IMG/VR virus record: IMGVR_UViG_3300020042_011085 | Location: 1-30,949 of that record | DNA: 30,949 nucleotides | Direction: 5' to 3' (one strand) | Source of the DNA: a virus | Taxonomy: Duplodnaviria; Caudoviricetes | Made by a program: the position numbers and the translations under genes | Notes under the pieces: model-generated | What the model saw: the letters and a program-made list of their open reading frames with translations, nothing else | The model's database searches: none | What the model was told of the DNA's origin: nothing | Shown here: positions 25,637-30,949 of the stretch, piece after piece | Position numbering within the stretch: position 1 is the first letter of the stretch | Layout: the number at the start of each line of letters is the position of its first letter

Positions 25637-28600
25637 TATGAGGTTATAATAGTACGCGTACTCTGTACAACATCTATGTTTACATTAGCTGTAGATGAGG
25701 TAACAACCTTACCAAATAGTTTGGTACCGGCTACGTGAAGTACTTGTTTGAGTAAGTCGGAGTAAACACTCAAAGGCTTAGAACTCTGCACCTCATAAGA
25801 ATATTCTTGGTAATACTCACCATCATGTATATAGTCTGCATCGTCTAGTAGACCTCTAGCGTTGCTATAGAATCCAGTACCTGTTCCAACACCACCTACA
25901 TTAACCTTACCTGTACCTATTCTCTCTCCGTCGACGGAACTAAAAGTTGCTCCCTGATCCTGAATATAGTTAATACCTGAATCAGTTATATTTAAAGATG
26001 AAACAGAACCAGTAGATGCTACCACGTTGGCAGTTACGTTGGCATTTCTACCAATAATATTAGAACTTGTATCGATAATATCGATGGTGACTATTGCTGT
26101 CTCACCGGATGTCTTACCTACAATAGTACCTCCAGGCACAAAATCTGTAAATAGACTGGTTCTTCTAACTTTGAGAACGGAGGTATTAGATCCTGATTTA
26201 ATTTTACCTCTTGCAAAGGTTGAGGATGTATCAGGTGCTGAATTCTTAATGTCTGTTAGACTCTTTGATGTTGATCCTAGTAAACGGAATATTTTAACAG
26301 CATTATCTACTGCACTAACAGTTGCACTACCAGCACCGCTGGTAACAGATGCACCACTTACTACAAATGAGCCGGTTGCACTCTTAATAATTAAAGTTGT
26401 AGTATTTGAAGTAACAATTGTACCGGAGACAGCACCTTGGGTGGCTGTTGCGCCTGGGCTAAACCCAGTATTAGTTGATACTGTTAGTTTTGAGGTAATA
26501 ATAGTATTTGAGAACGATCCGGTGTTGCTGGTAAGGACAGTTGTGTAATTGTTTGATATAACATCAAATGCTGATGAATATACAAACCCTGTACCAGTTA
26601 CACTAATACCATTATTGGTAGTTACTAACTCGCCGACGTCGTATAGATTTGAGGTATTACCTGAATAATTATTTGAGGTAACTGATACTGAAGGTGTACC
26701 AAACGTTTGTTCGATAGTCTCACCAATAGTGAAACCTATATTTTTAGATAGCGTATTGATATCTAAAATAATATCTCTCTTACCATATGCTGCAACCCCG
26801 GACTCTTCTAAGAATACAAACGGTGCAATATTATAATTTTCACCTGGATTCAAGCCTGTAAGACTGGATATGGTACCGATCGTCTTTGATTCAAATCTTA
26901 ATAGATCAAGAATTACTGATGTGATATCACCTAGTGGAGCCTTTATAAACCCGTATGGTGATGAAGGCACAATATCAGCCCCTGATCCGGCGCTTGCACC
27001 GCCTGATGAATTTAAAATAGAAGTTGAAGGCGTAGATGTTATCTTATTACCGACGTTAGCAGATAGGTTAACTACGGCAATTACCCCGGACGTGTCAGTT
27101 ACAATAGCTGCATTACCTGCAGTAAAAGATCCAACTCCTGTATTACCACCGGTGAACACTACTTTATCGGTGTTGCTATATCCAGTACCTCCTGCAATAA
27201 CACCTACAGAGGAAAGATATTCGTAACCAGAATTAGTTCCAGATAGTAACATAGTACTAAAAGCAACACTGTTACTACCTGGGCCATCATTATTGGCAGC
27301 CAATGCATCTGGGGAAAGTAATACTACTTCAGAATCTGAAATGCTACCTATAGAAAAATCAGCACCAGATCCAGAAGATACCAATATGGTATTTGCAATT
27401 GAATTAGAAGTAAGCCCGGTTATTAAGGTCTTTGAAGTTGCATAAAAGGTATTAGTAGTATTGGTAATACCAATTGCTGTTGAGTTTGAACCTATTAGTC
27501 TACCGGTAGATTTGTAATTAGTATTTGCAGAATACTTACCTCCAAGGTCGGCTGATAAGAATATAGAAGTATTTACTGTAGGGACTGCGGTGTTAAGAAC
27601 TGTATTGCTTGATGCCCAGCGATCACTACCGGAGACTGCTTCTAGGGTATAAAGATATCCGTTGCTGGCGTTAGTTGGGGTAGCATTAGCAATGTAAACT
27701 GAGTATTCAGAATCAGTATACGTATTAAGTACGTTTGTGTTTGTAAATGTACCTGAGGTATTTCCTACTACTACTACGTTTACGTTTGCATAGGTGTGAT
27801 TTGACTCTCTAGGTATAGCAAGAACTCTTCCTGTTGCCAGTGAAGAAACCTGTAGGACATAAGCACCTACGTGCAAGCCATTGGCCGCTATTGTAGCGGT
27901 GTTAACAGTTAGGAGCACTACGTTGGAGCTGCTTGTTACTGTACCACTTGCTGTATTAGTGCTACCTGTTCTTTGAGTTACAGGAGTACCAACGGCAAAA
28001 CTTACTGATGTATTAGTAGCAATAAACGCGGTATTAGTGTTGTAAACAATTGTATTTGCAAACGTGGTCCCAGATATAGGATTAATAATTAGAACAGCTG
28101 AATTGGAATCTGTGTTCTGTGTTCTACTTACAATAATAGAAACTGCACCTGCATGATTGGTAAGTGTATCACCAGTGGTAAAATTACCGATAACATTATT
28201 TAAACTAAGGCTATAATTATTTTGCTCAATTGTTTCAAATTGCTCAAATGTTGTTATAGAGCTGTTTGAGTTGGTAAGGTTAGTTAATGTAATTACCTTT
28301 TCTGATATTGTAGAATTGGCTGTTAATGAGTACCCCCACCCACCATCTACTAAAGTAAATCTCACTAATCCTGTTTCTGATTCAATACCTGTAACAATTG
28401 CCTTACCTTCAACACCGGTTGAAGAGACTATATTAACTTCCTCACCTCTTGCAAAGCCCTCACCTGCCTGTGTTATGTTGATTGAATTAAAGGAGCCAAA
28501 CACTTTAGGTGCATTCTCTACTATACCATCAGTAGTAATAATATCACTAACTTGAAATGTACCGCTAATGCTACTTAAAAACAATACATCGATATTCTTA

Positions 28601-29157
28601 CCTTGAATGTTTCTAGTAACAACATATTCTACGAATGCGGTCGCGCCTGATCTTGACCCGGTGATCTGCTTACCAGCCATACCAGCAGTCTTAATAGTCG
28701 GTGTTACTTCTAAGTATTTTGGAATAAACCATTCACCGTCTGAGCACCTAAAGATGTCGTCACCGGGAGTATAAATTTCTATCTTAATACCGTATACTAA
28801 ACTAAAGAGAAGATCTAATGATTGCGCTGATCCCTTTGATTTAAATATATCGTGGGCTGCCTTTACCAGGTTTCTTCGATTAGATAGCGAGTTAAAGTTT
28901 ACACCTTTAAGATACTTCTCTTTAAAGTAAACAATATATTCTTCAACTGTTTTATCAATATCTCTGTATTCAGGCAGTGATCTAGAGTGGTAAAGAACGG
29001 CTCCTGCTACGTTAACACCATTAACTTCATACGTCTTTGTACTAAGCCAGTTGTAGTACTCTTTAAGGAAAAGAACAAACAACGGACCCTCTTCCTGATA
29101 GAAACCAGGAAACTGGGAGTCAATTAGCGGGGTGATTATTTTTTCAATTTCTCTCAT
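25636..29157 (-). CDS. gp7: Baseplate wedge initiator, T4 gp7-like
   Basis: N-terminal LIDSQFPGFYQEEGPLFVLFLKEYYNWL...YRDIDKT...KSKGS..SLDLLF..VYG...IYTPGDDIFRCSDGEW and C-terminal HDGEYYQEYSYEVQS...LKQVLHVAGTKLFG. ATGA overlap with the gp6 stop. Confidence 0.82.
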   Translation of the reverse strand: MREIEKIITPLIDSQFPGFYQEEGPLFVLFLKEYYNWLSTKTYEVNGVNVAGAVLYHSRSLPEYRDIDKTVEEYIVYFKEKYLKGVNFNSLSNRRNLVKAAHDIFKSKGSAQSLDLLFSLVYGIKIEIYTPGDDIFRCSDGEWFIPKYLEVTPTIKTAGMAGKQITGSRSGATAFVEYVVTRNIQGKNIDVLFLSSISGTFQVSDIITTDGIVENAPKVFGSFNSINITQAGEGFARGEEVNIVSSTGVEGKAIVTGIESETGLVRFTLVDGGWGYSLTANSTISEKVITLTNLTNSNSSITTFEQFETIEQNNYSLSLNNVIGNFTTGDTLTNHAGAVSIIVSRTQNTDSNSAVLIINPISGTTFANTIVYNTNTAFIATNTSVSFAVGTPVTQRTGSTNTASGTVTSSSNVVLLTVNTATIAANGLHVGAYVLQVSSLATGRVLAIPRESNHTYANVNVVVVGNTSGTFTNTNVLNTYTDSEYSVYIANATPTNASNGYLYTLEAVSGSDRWASSNTVLNTAVPTVNTSIFLSADLGGKYSANTNYKSTGRLIGSNSTAIGITNTTNTFYATSKTLITGLTSNSIANTILVSSGSGADFSIGSISDSEVVLLSPDALAANNDGPGSNSVAFSTMLLSGTNSGYEYLSSVGVIAGGTGYSNTDKVVFTGGNTGVGSFTAGNAAIVTDTSGVIAVVNLSANVGNKITSTPSTSILNSSGGASAGSGADIVPSSPYGFIKAPLGDITSVILDLLRFESKTIGTISSLTGLNPGENYNIAPFVFLEESGVAAYGKRDIILDINTLSKNIGFTIGETIEQTFGTPSVSVTSNNYSGNTSNLYDVGELVTTNNGISVTGTGFVYSSAFDVISNNYTTVLTSNTGSFSNTIITSKLTVSTNTGFSPGATATQGAVSGTIVTSNTTTLIIKSATGSFVVSGASVTSGAGSATVSAVDNAVKIFRLLGSTSKSLTDIKNSAPDTSSTFARGKIKSGSNTSVLKVRRTSLFTDFVPGGTIVGKTSGETAIVTIDIIDTSSNIIGRNANVTANVVASTGSVSSLNITDSGINYIQDQGATFSSVDGERIGTGKVNVGGVGTGTGFYSNARGLLDDADYIHDGEYYQEYSYEVQSSKPLSVYSDLLKQVLHVAGTKLFGKVVTSSTANVNIDVVQSTRTIITS

Positions 29158-30949
29158 AGCTTAATGGCTTCAACGCTTGCTACAATATCACCATCTTCGA
29201 TTATAATTAATTGGTTCTTAGTTGAGCTGATGTCTTTTATCTTTGGTGTTGCAAATAGGTGGACGTGGGCACCAGAGGCGGGGGTGTAAGTATCGATATT
29301 AAGTCTTGATAATATGACCTGGCCTTTTAGGTAGTCTACCGTACCAACCCTGGCAACTATTGACTGCACGCCAGTAGCAGATGTGGTGTAGAGGTTCAAT
29401 ACACCTGCACCATCATCCATAATAAAGACTGGCTTACCTTCCTTGGCCATTAACGTACTTCTAATGGCTGGGATTGTAGCTCGAATAGATTCTTCTAAAG
29501 AAATTACTATCTCTGATGTTAACTCAAATCCAAAATCGATGTCAGCGCTGTAATCTTGACCTGTAGTAGGTACGAATTTCTTAAAAGGTTTTACCTCTAA
29601 GTCTACACCTAATACACTTGGATGGCAGTTATTAATATTCTCAATTAATTTACTACTACGTAGAGTTTTCTTAAATCCATCCAAGTACGTTGAATTGTAG
29701 TTACTGATTGTTGTCTCTACGAGTGTCTTAATATCTGATATACTTTGATTTGTCACATTGACATTATATCGTACTGCTGTGTCCACTTCAACGTATAAGA
29801 AATCTGGATCTTCAATTACTGGATCAATAGATACTGGTGATCGTTGTTTGAGAAACTTGTAATATCTGTCCTTATCTAGATCGGATACACCATCGGCACC
29901 TACCAGGTCAACCGCTACATAAACCTTACCGTATACTGGTGGGTCTCTATCTTCTCCGCCGTAAGCTGCTGCCCCTGCAATCTCTGGGAAATTAGTAGTT
30001 AAAAGAGTCTCATAGTCGGAAGTAGTAACTGCTCTTTCCTGATTTTGGTAGTAACGAGGTGCATTTAATTTAATGCTTTCAATTGATTCATTAACGGCCC
30101 CTCCAATGGCTGATGACACCGTTGTGATTGTAGATACGTTTGACTGACCTTGAATAGAACCATCGATACTGAATGTACGTGCACCATTAGGTAATTCACC
30201 GTTACCGGCGAGATAGTTAACAACAATAGTTGAACCACTCTTTGGTGTTCTACCCTTTACGTTATCACCAAATATGATTTCGTATTGATTGTTCTCGGCA
30301 CCTTGTACGAAGAATGCCGGGGTATCGGCATTAACTCCTAGGAAGGAGGTGTACTTAGAATAGCTGACAACATTAGCACCATTATTTTCAATTGAGTTAA
30401 CAGTCAGGAATCTTGTATCTATAGTATAGTTAGATAGTACAAAGCGTTGGGAGGTATTAGCAGCGTCATAGACATATGAATCTGTTAAGAAGTTACCTTC
30501 ATAGACATCTAATGTAATAGGGATAATATTGCTGCTATTGGCAATAAACGTTTTATTTTCTACTGTTGCAAATGAGAAGTTATTACTTCCTACTTTTGCT
30601 GTAAAGGTTGTACCCTTTGGTACCACTACAACTGATATGCTTGCTGACGATGGAGTTAATCCAAATGATATCTGTGCCTGGGCTGACCTATAACTTCTAG
30701 GCACATAATTAAGTTCCTTGGCATGTGATATGACGCTATCTCTAATAATAGCTGAATCTAAAAACATCTCACTGGCTACCATGTTTAGATAGTAGGAGTT
30801 AAGATATGTGTTATAAGACAGGATGTCTAGCATCTGACTTATGTTTGAACCATCAAAATCATAATCCTTAAAAGGAGAATCCGATCTTTGCAGATAGCTT
30901 CTTAAATTTTGTTTTATAGTGTCGAAATCGACATCTACTAGACTTATAC
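29154..30949 (-). CDS. gp6: Baseplate wedge subunit, T4 gp6-like (5'-partial; start lies beyond the window)
   Basis: The frame stays open upstream of the ORF-track Met at 30833 and encodes ISLVDVDFDTIKQNLRSYLQ...FKDYDFDGSNISQMLDILSYNTY, the typical gp6 N-terminus. Also EMFLDSA..RDSVISHAKELNYVPRS, ESIESIK.NAP..Y..Q.RAVT..DY and PPVYGKVY. Confidence 0.93.
   Translation of the reverse strand, partial: ISLVDVDFDTIKQNLRSYLQRSDSPFKDYDFDGSNISQMLDILSYNTYLNSYYLNMVASEMFLDSAIIRDSVISHAKELNYVPRSYRSAQAQISFGLTPSSASISVVVVPKGTTFTAKVGSNNFSFATVENKTFIANSSNIIPITLDVYEGNFLTDSYVYDAANTSQRFVLSNYTIDTRFLTVNSIENNGANVVSYSKYTSFLGVNADTPAFFVQGAENNQYEIIFGDNVKGRTPKSGSTIVVNYLAGNGELPNGARTFSIDGSIQGQSNVSTITTVSSAIGGAVNESIESIKLNAPRYYQNQERAVTTSDYETLLTTNFPEIAGAAAYGGEDRDPPVYGKVYVAVDLVGADGVSDLDKDRYYKFLKQRSPVSIDPVIEDPDFLYVEVDTAVRYNVNVTNQSISDIKTLVETTISNYNSTYLDGFKKTLRSSKLIENINNCHPSVLGVDLEVKPFKKFVPTTGQDYSADIDFGFELTSEIVISLEESIRATIPAIRSTLMAKEGKPVFIMDDGAGVLNLYTTSATGVQSIVARVGTVDYLKGQVILSRLNIDTYTPASGAHVHLFATPKIKDISSTKNQLIIIEDGDIVASVEAIKL

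Noticed and set aside
243-28555. Numerous plus-strand ORFs rich in V/L/T/P (e.g. 1655..2197, 7612..8304, 26027..26548)
   Set aside because: They are antisense shadows of the minus-strand N/T/V/G/S-rich genes, whose codons rarely generate stops on the opposite strand. They mirror the repeats, and I saw no RBS or recognisable motifs.
30831-30833. ORF-track start codon for gp6
   Set aside because: The frame is open to the window end and encodes conserved gp6 N-terminal residues, so this Met is internal.

Overview
Virion-structural region of a large T4-like (cyanophage/aquatic-myovirus type) bacteriophage. All credible genes are on the minus strand. In transcription order (right to left): baseplate wedge gp6 (5' end outside the window), gp7, gp8, a 2192-aa VrlC/DUF4815-like structural protein, a small conserved protein, an N/S/T-rich fibre protein, a collagen-like fibre with a C-terminal S74-type chaperone, a thioredoxin-fold protein, a 510-aa putative adhesin, a second thioredoxin (CxxC), a 658-aa enzyme, a perfect T4 late promoter, two small structural/adaptor proteins and two very long beta-repeat fibres (the last is frameshifted and runs off the window). 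The main observation is the 658-aa enzyme. It fuses a COLGALT-like GT25 domain, a PLOD/LH3-like glycosyltransferase domain and a PLOD-like 2OG-Fe(II) lysyl hydroxylase domain, so it may carry the whole animal collagen Lys->Hyl->Gal-Hyl->Glc-Gal-Hyl pathway in one chain. It sits in a tightly coupled cassette with a proline-free collagen fibre in which about 30 of about 41 triplets are Gly-X-Lys. Secondary signals: a two-hairpin GGAAA(T)GGGAA leader shared by two fibre genes, a possible socket/plug chaining of fibres, and a very high density of N-X-S/T sequons in virion proteins. Family assignments come from motif recognition by eye; no searches were run, and novelty is unverified.
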